Positions 1 through 7,894 of a stretch of DNA of 13,313 nucleotides are shown piece by piece. Each line of letters starts with the position of its first letter. The stretch's first letter is position 1. The stretch comes from Waddliaceae bacterium (GTDB lineage: Bacteria > Chlamydiota > Chlamydiia > Chlamydiales > SLOH01): the NCBI GenBank assembly GCA_040880105.1, contig JBBDJA010000025.1:66882-80194 (forward strand). The letters run 5' to 3'. The notes beneath the pieces are model-generated. The model was not told the origin of the DNA. It ran no database searches and saw only the letters and a program-made list of their open reading frames with translations. The position numbers were made by a program, and so were the translations under genes.

Positions 1-33
1 AGAAAGAGTGAGGGGAGATTGATAGAGATGTAC

Positions 34-1500
34 TTAAATGTTTTCTAAGAATTGAACCATTAACCGAACGCCCACGCCTGTTGCGGATTTGGGAAGATAG
101 CGATCGGACTTACTTAAAAAAGCAGTTCCCGCGATATCAAGATGAGCCCAAGGCACTTTTTCATCTACAAACTCCTGTAGAAAGAGCGCAGCTGTAATGG
201 AACCCGCCGAGCGTCCTCCAATATTTTTAATATCAGCTACATCGGACTTAAGTTGAGACTTATACTCCTCAAAAAGCGGGAGTCGCCAGACTCGCTCAAA
301 CGTTGCCTCGCCTGCTTCGGAAAGTTGATTTGCAAGTGTGTCATTATTGCTCATCATTCCGGTTGTCTGCTCTCCTAGCGCGATTACGATAGCCCCTGTG
401 AGGGTAGCGAAATCAACAATTCGGGACGGCTTCAGATTTTTACACGCATACGCAAGGGCATCGGCTAAAATTAACCGCCCTTCTGCGTCGGTATTGCCAA
501 TTTCAACTGTTTTTCCGGTATAGCCTGAATAGACATCTCCAGGTTTAAAACTACGAGAATCAATCGAATTTTCAGTAGAAGGAATCACAGCTGTAACATT
601 TTTTTTCAAATTGAGCTTAGCGCAAGATAAAATCGTTCCAAGAGCGACAGCTGAACCGGACATATCGGATTTCATCGTCTCCATGGAACCTGTCGGCTTA
701 AGATTCAAACCTCCTGTGTCATAAGTGACCCCTTTTCCTACAACGATCGTGTGGTCCTTAGACTGAGGATCTCCCTTATACTCAATAATAATAAAAGCCG
801 GGTCTAAGTGAGAGCCTTGGTTAACCGCAAGAAGAAGCCCCATCTTCTCTTTTTCAATGCGCGCTTTATTAAAAGCTGTGACCTTTACCTTAGAAAAGCG
901 AGTGGCAAGATCTTTTGCTACACGTACAAGCTTCTCCGGGGTTACATCGTCTGCATTGCCATTGACTAGGTTGCGGGCTAAATAGACCCCTTCAAAGGCA
1001 TTTTGCCAGTGATCTGCTTGTGCCGCGCACTTTTCCATTTTGCTTATCCAACAGATCTGCCGAACCTGTGGTTTGAGCTCTTTTTTATTTCCTTTAAGTT
1101 CATTAAAAGCGTAATTGGCGTGCAGGATTCCCTCTGTGACTCCTCTCAAAACATTGAGATTCGGAGCTGTTGGAAGCTGAATATTCAGCGCAGTCCAGCT
1201 GTTTTTGTGGCAGCAGACGGTCAACTTTCCATATGCGCGTCTCAATGTCTCCTCTGTCGCCATTTTTGACTCACCAAGACCCAAAAGTACAACGCGCGGC
1301 TCTTTTTGACCGGCCACATAGAGAACGACAACCTCCCCTTCTTTTCCCGTGAAATCCCCTGAACTGAGACCGGGCGCAATTTCCTTTGAAAGGCCTTCAA
1401 ATGCGCTTGCAGGAGCGGGCTTTTTTTCTTTCCAAAACGGCAGAACTAGTAGATCTGCCTTCGGACGTTTTGTAAGAGAAGATTCTGAAAATTTTATCAT
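34..1500 (-). CDS. pepA: Cytosol leucyl aminopeptidase (M17 family)
   Basis: 488-aa ORF with the M17 metal-binding motifs VGKGVTYDTGG, MKSDM, NTDAEGRL, DFATLTGA and WAHLDIAG; SD-like AAGGGAG upstream of the ATG. Confidence 0.97.
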   Translation of the reverse strand: MIKFSESSLTKRPKADLLVLPFWKEKKPAPASAFEGLSKEIAPGLSSGDFTGKEGEVVVLYVAGQKEPRVVLLGLGESKMATEETLRRAYGKLTVCCHKNSWTALNIQLPTAPNLNVLRGVTEGILHANYAFNELKGNKKELKPQVRQICWISKMEKCAAQADHWQNAFEGVYLARNLVNGNADDVTPEKLVRVAKDLATRFSKVKVTAFNKARIEKEKMGLLLAVNQGSHLDPAFIIIEYKGDPQSKDHTIVVGKGVTYDTGGLNLKPTGSMETMKSDMSGSAVALGTILSCAKLNLKKNVTAVIPSTENSIDSRSFKPGDVYSGYTGKTVEIGNTDAEGRLILADALAYACKNLKPSRIVDFATLTGAIVIALGEQTTGMMSNNDTLANQLSEAGEATFERVWRLPLFEEYKSQLKSDVADIKNIGGRSAGSITAALFLQEFVDEKVPWAHLDIAGTAFLSKSDRYLPKSATGVGVRLMVQFLENI

Positions 1501-1515
1501 GATTCACTCCCTTGA

Positions 1516-1977
1516 TTAAAATGGAATCGAGTCATCTTCATAAGATGAAGAGCCTTGAGGCATAGATGCAGCTCCATGCTGAGGACCCTCATGTGAATCT
1601 GAACCGTAAGAATATGAAGAAGAGGATTGACCGCTATTGCCTTGCTCTTGATCAGGTCGACTGGAAGGGGCAAAGTTCAGATACTCCCCACGAACTTCAA
1701 GAGATCCGACTTGGTAATTCCCGTTTTTATCTTGATACACTCGCGGCTTACGGATACTTCCCCCTGTCAAAACAGGCTTACCTTTTTGCAGATATTTGAT
1801 CATGTTATCCCATCGATCTCCCCAAAGAGAAATAGACCACCAGACTGTTTCGACTTCTGCTCCTTTTTTACTGTTTGTTGCAATCAACAACGTTGTGACT
1901 TTTTTTCCATCCGCTGTGAAACGGGACTCCGGATCTTTTGCAAGAAAACCTGCAAGGTGAACGTAATTCATAGACAT
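1516..1977 (-). CDS. ssb: Single-stranded DNA-binding protein
   Basis: N-terminal OB fold (MNYVHLAGFLAKDPESRFT; LQKGKPV), Gly/Ser/Gln-rich linker and acidic C-terminal tail EDDSIPF; SD-like GAGG upstream; ends 15 bp before the pepA start. Confidence 0.96.
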   Translation of the reverse strand: MSMNYVHLAGFLAKDPESRFTADGKKVTTLLIATNSKKGAEVETVWWSISLWGDRWDNMIKYLQKGKPVLTGGSIRKPRVYQDKNGNYQVGSLEVRGEYLNFAPSSRPDQEQGNSGQSSSSYSYGSDSHEGPQHGAASMPQGSSSYEDDSIPF

Positions 1978-2022
1978 CGATTTTACCTCTATTGTGAACT
2001 TAAGAAAACGATTTGTACTTTA

Positions 2023-2185
2023 GGAACCTCTGAATAACACAAGACTTCTTAAATTGAGTGCCTTTTTACTTAAATTCAAAAAAAACGCACTCATTTAACT
2101 ATTAGACAGTTAAGGTCGATTGTTTCTTTGAATTTTAGCAAAAATTCATACAAAATTTAACAGGCCAGGGTGATTCAGAAGCCCC
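2023..2185. mobile_element. Candidate MITE (163 bp), copy A
   Basis: Left end GGAACCTCTGAATAAC (2023-2038) and right end GTGATTCAGAAGCCCC (2170-2185) form an imperfect inverted repeat (12/16). TTA flanks both sides (2020-2022 and 2186-2188). Homologous sequence occurs twice more at 13149-13313. No coding capacity. Confidence 0.72.
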
Positions 2186-2348
2186 TTACCTTTAACCCTC
2201 GAAAAGCCTATAGAAATTAACCCTCGGAACGTTTTTGCCGGATTTCGAAAAAACGACTGAATGGCGAATTTTAAAGACTTTATCAGAGGCTCTTTAAGGT
2301 GGACTCAGCATGCCACAACGTCTTGTTGTACGCAAAGAAAAAAAGGGC

Positions 2349-2382
2349 AAAAAAATAGAGATCCAAATGGATCTCTATTTTT
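2349..2382 (-). terminator. Intrinsic terminator downstream of slc1 (possibly bidirectional)
   Basis: Perfect inverted repeat AAAAATAGAGATCCA (2351-2365) / TGGATCTCTATTTTT (2368-2382); U-tract on the minus strand (A7 at 2349-2355); 24 bp after the slc1 stop. Confidence 0.88.
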
Positions 2383-2406
2383 GAAATCGGAAAATAGAAA
2401 AGTGAA

Positions 2407-2931
2407 TTAAATCTTAATCCCTTGATTAGTGCCGCCTAGTGATCCGCCGCCGCTTGGCTTTTTATCTTGACCAATTGACTGCCCCATTTCAGGACGTACA
2501 GAATCCACAGGTCGACCTTCTTTAATATCGACGCAAATTTTTCTCCATCTCTCTACTGTCTCAACAAATAGAGGAGCAAATGCGCGAAGAGCTGAGGAAA
2601 CCGCATGTTCCATATCAATTGTGCAGTGCATCAAAATAAGCTCTTCCTGGGGAGCAACACCGACTCCGCCTCCAGCCATTTGACCGCCAAGCATTGAGCC
2701 TTCAAGCAGCATTTCGTAAAGCTTTAAAAGTACTTTATCATCTTTTGGCAAACCGTCTAACAGTGGTGAGTATAGATACAGTCTTTTCGAGTTAGGTTCG
2801 TATGTAAGGTGAAGAGAAAACTCATCATCAATTCCTAGGATACACGTATTGTTTTCGTCAAACTCTAGCCCTTCGAGATTTAACTCTTTTCCAAATTCTT
2901 TTAGATTATCTTTAGCGTTCTCTATTGACAT
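2407..2931 (-). CDS. slc1: Type III secretion class I chaperone, SycE/CesT-like (Slc1/CT043-like)
   Basis: Small acidic 174-aa protein with a CesT-like pattern (LEFDENNTCILGIDDEFSLHLTY) and the block LYLYSPLLDGLP...LLEGSMLGGQMAGGGVGVA that I recognise from chlamydial Slc1; next to ssb and pepA as in Chlamydia; strong SD AGGAGG. Confidence 0.88.
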   Translation of the reverse strand: MSIENAKDNLKEFGKELNLEGLEFDENNTCILGIDDEFSLHLTYEPNSKRLYLYSPLLDGLPKDDKVLLKLYEMLLEGSMLGGQMAGGGVGVAPQEELILMHCTIDMEHAVSSALRAFAPLFVETVERWRKICVDIKEGRPVDSVRPEMGQSIGQDKKPSGGGSLGGTNQGIKI

Positions 2932-3007
2932 TTTTACAACCTCCTAAAGGTGAGCAACATAATTTTTTTCTTAATAGAGTGATTTCTCTCTCTAATTCAT
3001 TAATTTA

Positions 3008-3036
3008 ATTATAGCCTTGATGATATTATGAAGCAA
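3008..3036 (-). promoter_or_regulatory. Sigma70/sigma66-type promoter for slc1
   Basis: Minus strand reads TTGCTT (3036-3031), 17 nt, then TATAAT (3013-3008), about 75 bp upstream of the slc1 ATG. Confidence 0.72.
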
Positions 3037-3052
3037 ATAGATTATCTACGGT

Positions 3053-3217
3053 TAACCTGCTGATTTACAATATCGCTTACTTGTCGCTTTCAAAGCCACA
3101 CAGCTTATAAGCTGTTCCGAAAGGTCAAGACTTAAAACCAATCAGTATCACATCTACCTTGACTTGAAGCGTAAAAATAGCGACTTGGGAATCTAGTGAA
3201 TAAAATAAGCAAGGTCT
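3053..3217. repeat. Nested-palindromic intergenic element (~165 bp; repeat element or structured RNA)
   Basis: Imperfect outer inverted repeat 3055-3066/3203-3215; GTCGCT 3083-3088 / AGCGAC 3179-3184; perfect 16-bp palindrome ACAGCTTATAAGCTGT at 3100-3115; GTCAAG 3124-3129 / CTTGAC 3158-3163. Confidence 0.5.
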
Positions 3218-3341
3218 GATAACTCCAACCTCTTTTCTTTCTTCCATATAGAAATTTTCTAACATTCGCCGCAATGGATCGAAGGGTAATGATCAAAAAA
3301 CCATCAACTGTGAAAGGTGTGAATACGTAGTGGGTGAGTGC

Positions 3342-4373
3342 TTAAATAATCAACATGGCATCGCCATAGGAAAAGAAGCGAAATTTTTCTCGGACTGCTT
3401 TTCTATATGCTTCCATCATTAACTCATACCCTCCGAACGCGCAGACTAGCATCATAAGTGTCGAGCCGGGAAGGTGAAAATTTGTCAATAATGACCTGGT
3501 CGCTTGAAACTGATACCCGGGTGTAATAAAAATGTCTGTGGTACCGGATCCGGAAAGAATCTCTCCTTTCTCATTTGTCGAGGATTCAAGCGTTCTTAAG
3601 CATGTCGTGCCGACTGCAATTTGACGCCTTTCCTTAGAGTGATTGTTAATTGCAAAAGCCGACTCGGGGGTAATGACATACCGCTCCTTATGCATCCGAT
3701 GGTTTCGGATATCGTCGACTTTAACGGGTTTAAATGTTCCAAGACCGACATGCAACGTTAAAAATGTGGTCACAACTCCCTTACCTCGAAGGGTATCAAG
3801 CAGTTCTTTTGTAAAGTGTAAGCCGGCTGTCGGTGCTGCAACAGCGCCAAGCGCATCTGCATAGACAGTCTGATAATCGCTTTTATCTTTTTCCACTGCC
3901 TCTCTTCCCATATAGGGTGGAAGAGGCAACTGCCCTTCTTTTTCAATGAAGGTATGGACCGGTGTCGAACTTTCAAATCGGATCCGCCTAACCCCTTCAG
4001 GTAGCTCTTCAATGACTTTTGCTTTGACGTTTGCATTGAAAATTATTTCTGTGTGTAATGGCGCTTTTTTTGCGGGCTTGACAAGGGCTTGCCAAACATT
4101 TCCCTTTTCTTCTTGTAAAAGGAGTAGTTCAAGTTTAGCGCCGGACTCTTTTTTCCCCATCAGCCTTGCGGGTATGACTTTGGTGTTATTAAAAATGAGT
4201 TGATCTTCAGGATTTAGATACTCCGCAAGCTGTGAAAATCGAATTTCGGATAACTCTCCTGTTTTTCGATTGACAATCATGACGCGCGAGGAATCTCTTG
4301 GCGAAACGGGATGTGACGCTATCAAATCGTCAGGTAAATCAAAGTGATACGATTGAGTTGAGTAAAGATCCAT
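3342..4373 (-). CDS. queA: S-adenosylmethionine:tRNA ribosyltransferase-isomerase
   Basis: Signature motifs FNNTKVIPARL, PLPPYM, YQTVYA, AVAAPTAGLHFT, LHVGLGTF, AVGTT, LTNFHLP and FFSYGDAMLI. Confidence 0.97.
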   Translation of the reverse strand: MDLYSTQSYHFDLPDDLIASHPVSPRDSSRVMIVNRKTGELSEIRFSQLAEYLNPEDQLIFNNTKVIPARLMGKKESGAKLELLLLQEEKGNVWQALVKPAKKAPLHTEIIFNANVKAKVIEELPEGVRRIRFESSTPVHTFIEKEGQLPLPPYMGREAVEKDKSDYQTVYADALGAVAAPTAGLHFTKELLDTLRGKGVVTTFLTLHVGLGTFKPVKVDDIRNHRMHKERYVITPESAFAINNHSKERRQIAVGTTCLRTLESSTNEKGEILSGSGTTDIFITPGYQFQATRSLLTNFHLPGSTLMMLVCAFGGYELMMEAYRKAVREKFRFFSYGDAMLII

Positions 4374-4379
4374 AGAGAT

Positions 4380-4412
4380 AAAAATTTGGAAGGAGAAGAC
4401 TCTCCTTCCAAA
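4380..4412 (-). terminator. Intrinsic terminator-like hairpin between the SpoIID-like gene and queA
   Basis: 12-bp perfect stem TTTGGAAGGAGA (4385-4396) / TCTCCTTCCAAA (4401-4412) with a 4-nt loop, followed on the minus strand by T5. Confidence 0.75.
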
Positions 4413-4418
4413 ACCATT

Positions 4419-5279
4419 TTAGTCGAGAATCTCGATATGAGAATCAGGAAACCCTTTCGTCAAAATTTGAGCGGCATTTTTGCCTCGATACCCCATTTCT
4501 TCTGCTTCGTAAAGAGAAATTCTGGAGAAAACGGCTGCCCGCTCTTTTTTCTGCTTTCCACCTGTAATCGAGCCCCATTGCGCGGCAATCGGCGTGACAA
4601 GTCCTTCATATGTACCCGTCTTACTCAACACCATGCGTTTGGTCGCTGTAATCGCTTTTGCAATATCGCTTTCTGTGTTTACTGTTTTCAAACCCTCATA
4701 ACCGACATTTTTTGCATCCACAGCCCAGTACGGGTTTTTGGGATGCTGGGATTGAAAGAGCGCCATTGTTCTTGCTGCTATTGAAATTGCAGAGAGAGTT
4801 TCCTCCGGGAGCGGCTCTTGAAACTGTGGTGAAAGCGTCGATAGCAGGTAATCTTCGATATCGACTTTATTTACGATACTGATCGTTCCACCCACATCAT
4901 AAACTAAAATCGATCCACGATACTCAACTCCATTTACAATCGATGTAATATGGTAATTATCAGGAACGATATGAAGTTGATAGACACCCGGAAATTCTTC
5001 CCCCCACTTTAATCCGCCTGCAAGCGGCTGGAGAAACTTTCTCTTTCCGATTAAACGTGAGGAAACATGGGCATTTGTATGAGGGTCATAAATGTGGTAC
5101 TTCCCGGTCACCTCTAACATGACTCCAGGCTGATCATGGAGCACCAAAACCGAAACCGTTTGAGGAAGCTTGTTTGAAGTTCGTCCGAGGAGTCTTTGAA
5201 CATGATCCCACACGCCTGCATCAAGTGTATTTGTAATTGGTATCACAGCAAACATGCAAATGATTACTCTTAAGAACAT
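4419..5279 (-). CDS. SpoIID/LytB-domain protein (lytic transglycosylase-like), with an N-terminal signal or anchor
   Basis: YRGSI...IVNKVDIEDYL...ETLSAISIAARTMA matches the SpoIID pattern YRG...vN.v.lEeYl...EalkAqAvaaRTya; C-terminal AEEMGYRGKNAAQILTKGFP resembles the SpoIID C-terminus; hydrophobic N-terminus; SD AAGGAG. Confidence 0.82.
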   Translation of the reverse strand: MFLRVIICMFAVIPITNTLDAGVWDHVQRLLGRTSNKLPQTVSVLVLHDQPGVMLEVTGKYHIYDPHTNAHVSSRLIGKRKFLQPLAGGLKWGEEFPGVYQLHIVPDNYHITSIVNGVEYRGSILVYDVGGTISIVNKVDIEDYLLSTLSPQFQEPLPEETLSAISIAARTMALFQSQHPKNPYWAVDAKNVGYEGLKTVNTESDIAKAITATKRMVLSKTGTYEGLVTPIAAQWGSITGGKQKKERAAVFSRISLYEAEEMGYRGKNAAQILTKGFPDSHIEILD

Positions 5280-5342
5280 AAATTATCTCCTTTATACTGA
5301 ATGAATCCATCCAAAAATTCTAAATCCGATCTTATCAGCCTT

Positions 5343-5370
5343 ATTATGATATTTTCCAGCTCTTTTGCAA
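5343..5370 (-). promoter_or_regulatory. Possible sigma70-type promoter for the SpoIID-like gene
   Basis: Minus strand TTGCAA (5370-5365), 16 nt, CATAAT (5348-5343) in the ruvB-SpoIID intergenic region. Confidence 0.4.
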
Positions 5371-5416
5371 TATATGAATAAAAAATAAGTCTTTCGAAAG
5401 AAAACCGAAAATATTT

Positions 5417-6421
5417 TTATTGAATGGTGTTTATAGTTAATTTGATATGTTGCAAGCCAAGCGTTGTAACAACCCTTCCTTTCGATGTCCGTTGTATCAA
5501 CCCTTCTTTAATCAGATACGGCTCATGTACCTCTTCAATTGTATCGGCAACCTCGCCAACGGCGACGGCAAGTGTTTTAATTCCAACCGGCCCACCTTCA
5601 TAATGCTTGACCATGACCTCTAAAATTTTTCGATCCATCTCATCAAGTCCTTTTGAATCGATATTCAAGAGATCTAAGGCACTCTGCACAATTTCGCGGT
5701 CGATTTTCCCGGAGGCGCGCGTTTGCCAATAGTCTCGAACCCAACGGATGAGATGGTTAACGACCCTTGGCGTTCCTCGAGATCTTTCCGCAATTGCAAG
5801 TGCCCCTTCGTCAGTAATATCTACATTTAAAAGCTTGGCTGTACGATTGACAACGGTTTTGAGCTCATCGGCTTGGTAATACCCCAAACGACAAGTCAAC
5901 GCAAACCGAGATCTAAGAGCTGATGTGAGAAGACCCAGGCGTGTGGTGGCTCCGACTAATGTGAATCGATTCAATTTAACCTGTACTGATCGCGCATTAG
6001 GTCCGGTATCAATCATTAAATCGAGAACAAAATCTTCAATTGCTGGATAAAGGTACTCCTCAATCGGTCGACTCAGTCTATGGATTTCATCAATGAATAG
6101 AAAGTCGCCGTCTTGAAGTTTGGTTAAAATTCCGGCTAAATCGCCGGCCTTTTCGATCGCAGGACCGGAGGTGACAATAATATTTGCCCCCATGGAAGAG
6201 GATAAAATATTGGCAAGGGTTGTCTTACCAAGTCCCGGGGGACCCGAAAACAAGCAGTGCCCTAACACATCCCCGCGCTGCTTTGCGGCATCCATTAAAA
6301 TATGGAGCTGATTTTTCACATCCTCCTGCCCGATAAACTCTTGCAGGGAACGAGGGCGAAGAGGCACTTCAAACTGCACATCTTCTTGAGTGTATGTAGA
6401 CTGAAATATATCCTCTTTCAC
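5417..6421 (-). CDS. ruvB: Holliday junction branch migration helicase RuvB
   Basis: LRP..L.EFIGQ, Walker [10 protein letters not shown], Walker [27 protein letters not shown] and EPYLI. The start is moved from the ORF-track 6493 to GTG at 6421 (334 aa), which overlaps the upstream stop (TAGTG) and gives a typical RuvB N-terminus. Confidence 0.96.
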   Translation of the reverse strand: MKEDIFQSTYTQEDVQFEVPLRPRSLQEFIGQEDVKNQLHILMDAAKQRGDVLGHCLFSGPPGLGKTTLANILSSSMGANIIVTSGPAIEKAGDLAGILTKLQDGDFLFIDEIHRLSRPIEEYLYPAIEDFVLDLMIDTGPNARSVQVKLNRFTLVGATTRLGLLTSALRSRFALTCRLGYYQADELKTVVNRTAKLLNVDITDEGALAIAERSRGTPRVVNHLIRWVRDYWQTRASGKIDREIVQSALDLLNIDSKGLDEMDRKILEVMVKHYEGGPVGIKTLAVAVGEVADTIEEVHEPYLIKEGLIQRTSKGRVVTTLGLQHIKLTINTIQ

Positions 6422-7773
6422 TAAATCACGCCTATGGAATTCAGAAAAACAAAAATAATCAATATAGGAGCTGTATATTTTAGGCAAACCCAAAAGTATC
6501 CGGGAATAAAACTGTAGCGATCAAACACACTTTCGCTGCCGACTCGGATTTCGGGAAGCGCCTTTTTGAGTCCCCACTTCCAGCCAACAAGAACAACTGC
6601 CAAAAACCCGCCGAATGGAATTAAAATACTGCTGCAAATGAAGTCCATGGATTCAAGAAAATTCATATCACCGATTAAATTTCCATTAAAAATGCTATAG
6701 GAAAGCGCGCTTGGTATGCCGACTAAAAACACTAAAGATCCGCATAAAAGAACGGCATTTTTTCGTTTAAATTTCTTCTCATCCATTAAATACGCAATTG
6801 TCGGCTCCATTGCCGATATTTCACTTGTGACAGCGGCAATAAAAACTAAAAAGAAAAATGCAGACGCTAAAACAGTCCCGCCGGGCATTTGACTCCACGC
6901 AACCGGTAGTGTGTTAAAAATCAAGCCCGGTCCTGAGGCCGGCTCGGCGCCACCGGAAAAAACAATCGTAAAAACAGCAACAGCAGCTAACAAAGCAACA
7001 ACTGTGTCCATTATGACAACGGGAATTCCAGTCTTAATTAAGCTTTCCTTTCGATTCAAGTAGCTTCCATATGTAACCATAGTCCCTTGGCCAAGACTTA
7101 ATGTGAAAAAAGATTGACCAAGCGCCATCAGCCCCATTGCTGGAGTTAGCTTGCTCCAATCGGGTTTAAAGAGAAATTCAAGCCCTTTTTCTGCTCCGGG
7201 TTGCGACAGTCCCTTGATCACAAGAATGATCAAAATGGCAAATAGCATCGGCATTAAGATCTTATTCCATCTCTCAATTCCCTGCCGAACGCCGTAAAAT
7301 AAAACCCCAACGCAAATGAGTTGAAACGCGAAATGAAAACCAATGCACCAAAAGGGATTACTCACCAAATGATTATAGTGGTCCGAAGCCTCTGAAAAAG
7401 TTGTAAATTGCAAGTGGCCGGTGATTGCCTCGATCCAGTATCCCATGATCCAACCGGCAACGGCGCTGTAGAATGTACTGACCATGAAACCCGTTAGGAT
7501 TGTCATTCGGCCACCCATTCCCCACCACTTACTCTTTCCAATTTTTTCAAACGCCATTCCCGGCGCCTCTTCAGTGTTTCTTCCGATCAAAATTTCAGAG
7601 ATTAGAACAGGAAATCCAATGAGCAATAGGCAAATGAGATATAGAAATAAAAAGACAGCGCCACCACCTTTTCCAACCAAATAAGGGAGTCGCCAAATAT
7701 TGGCAAGGCCGATCGCAGATCCGGCAACCGATAAAATAAATCCTAATCTGGAGCCCCAATGTTCTCTTTTCAA
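6421..7773 (-). CDS. Sodium-dependent transporter, SNF/NSS (LeuT-like) family
   Basis: [45 protein letters not shown] and GPGLIF motifs, with many hydrophobic segments. The likely start is TTG at 7773, preceded by GGAG, rather than the ORF-track 7896. Confidence 0.93.
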   Translation of the reverse strand: MKREHWGSRLGFILSVAGSAIGLANIWRLPYLVGKGGGAVFLFLYLICLLLIGFPVLISEILIGRNTEEAPGMAFEKIGKSKWWGMGGRMTILTGFMVSTFYSAVAGWIMGYWIEAITGHLQFTTFSEASDHYNHLVSNPFWCIGFHFAFQLICVGVLFYGVRQGIERWNKILMPMLFAILIILVIKGLSQPGAEKGLEFLFKPDWSKLTPAMGLMALGQSFFTLSLGQGTMVTYGSYLNRKESLIKTGIPVVIMDTVVALLAAVAVFTIVFSGGAEPASGPGLIFNTLPVAWSQMPGGTVLASAFFFLVFIAAVTSEISAMEPTIAYLMDEKKFKRKNAVLLCGSLVFLVGIPSALSYSIFNGNLIGDMNFLESMDFICSSILIPFGGFLAVVLVGWKWGLKKALPEIRVGSESVFDRYSFIPGYFWVCLKYTAPILIIFVFLNSIGVI

Positions 7774-7805
7774 TTTCTCTCCAAAAATATTAAGGTTGTT
7801 TAAAG

Positions 7806-7834
7806 ATACTAAGTAAGTAGAAAAAAAGGTGCAA
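7806..7834 (-). promoter_or_regulatory. Possible promoter for the SNF transporter-ruvB unit
   Basis: Minus strand TTGCAC (7834-7829), 17 nt, TAGTAT (7811-7806); back to back with the plus-strand operon promoter. Confidence 0.4.
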
Positions 7835-7839
7835 GAAAT

Positions 7840-7869
7840 TTGACGAGTAATCTTATTAAATGATAAAAT
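7840..7869 (+). promoter_or_regulatory. Sigma70/sigma66-type promoter of the translocon-like operon
   Basis: TTGACG (7840-7845), 18 nt, TAAAAT (7864-7869), preceded by TG (extended -10); SD GGAGGA at 7885-7890 before the ATG at 7895. Confidence 0.62.
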
Positions 7870-7894
7870 TTCTACTTCAGCAATGGAGGAAGCC

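Noticed and set aside
338..2037. Plus-strand ORFs at 338-523, 1003-1269, 1170-1352, 1566-1799 and 1627-2037
   Set aside because: They are antisense to the well-supported pepA and ssb genes and have no recognisable motifs; shadow ORFs.
2192..2226. TTAACCCTCG direct repeat as a possible CRISPR array
   Set aside because: Only two 10-bp units with a 15-bp spacer, and no cas genes in the window.
3058..3124. Hammerhead-ribozyme-like words (CTGAT...GAAA) in the structured element
   Set aside because: The core reads CUGAUUU rather than CUGANGA, and the required three-stem arrangement is not evident.
3125..3265. 46-aa minus-strand ORF (MLENFYMEERKEVGVIRP...) running into the palindromic element
   Set aside because: No SD and no recognisable similarity; an ORF of this length is expected by chance.
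3220..3341. Possible tRNA or riboswitch next to queA
   Set aside because: No cloverleaf or T-loop signature is visible, the region is downstream of queA, and no preQ1 aptamer pattern is seen upstream of the gene.
3643..4882. Short ORFs overlapping queA and the SpoIID-like gene (3643, 3770, 3946, 4386, 4658)
   Set aside because: Antisense or alternative-frame overlaps of confident genes, with no domain features.
6422..6493. N-terminal extension of ruvB in the ORF track
   Set aside because: It overlaps the transporter's 3' end; the GTG at 6421 gives a normal-length RuvB.
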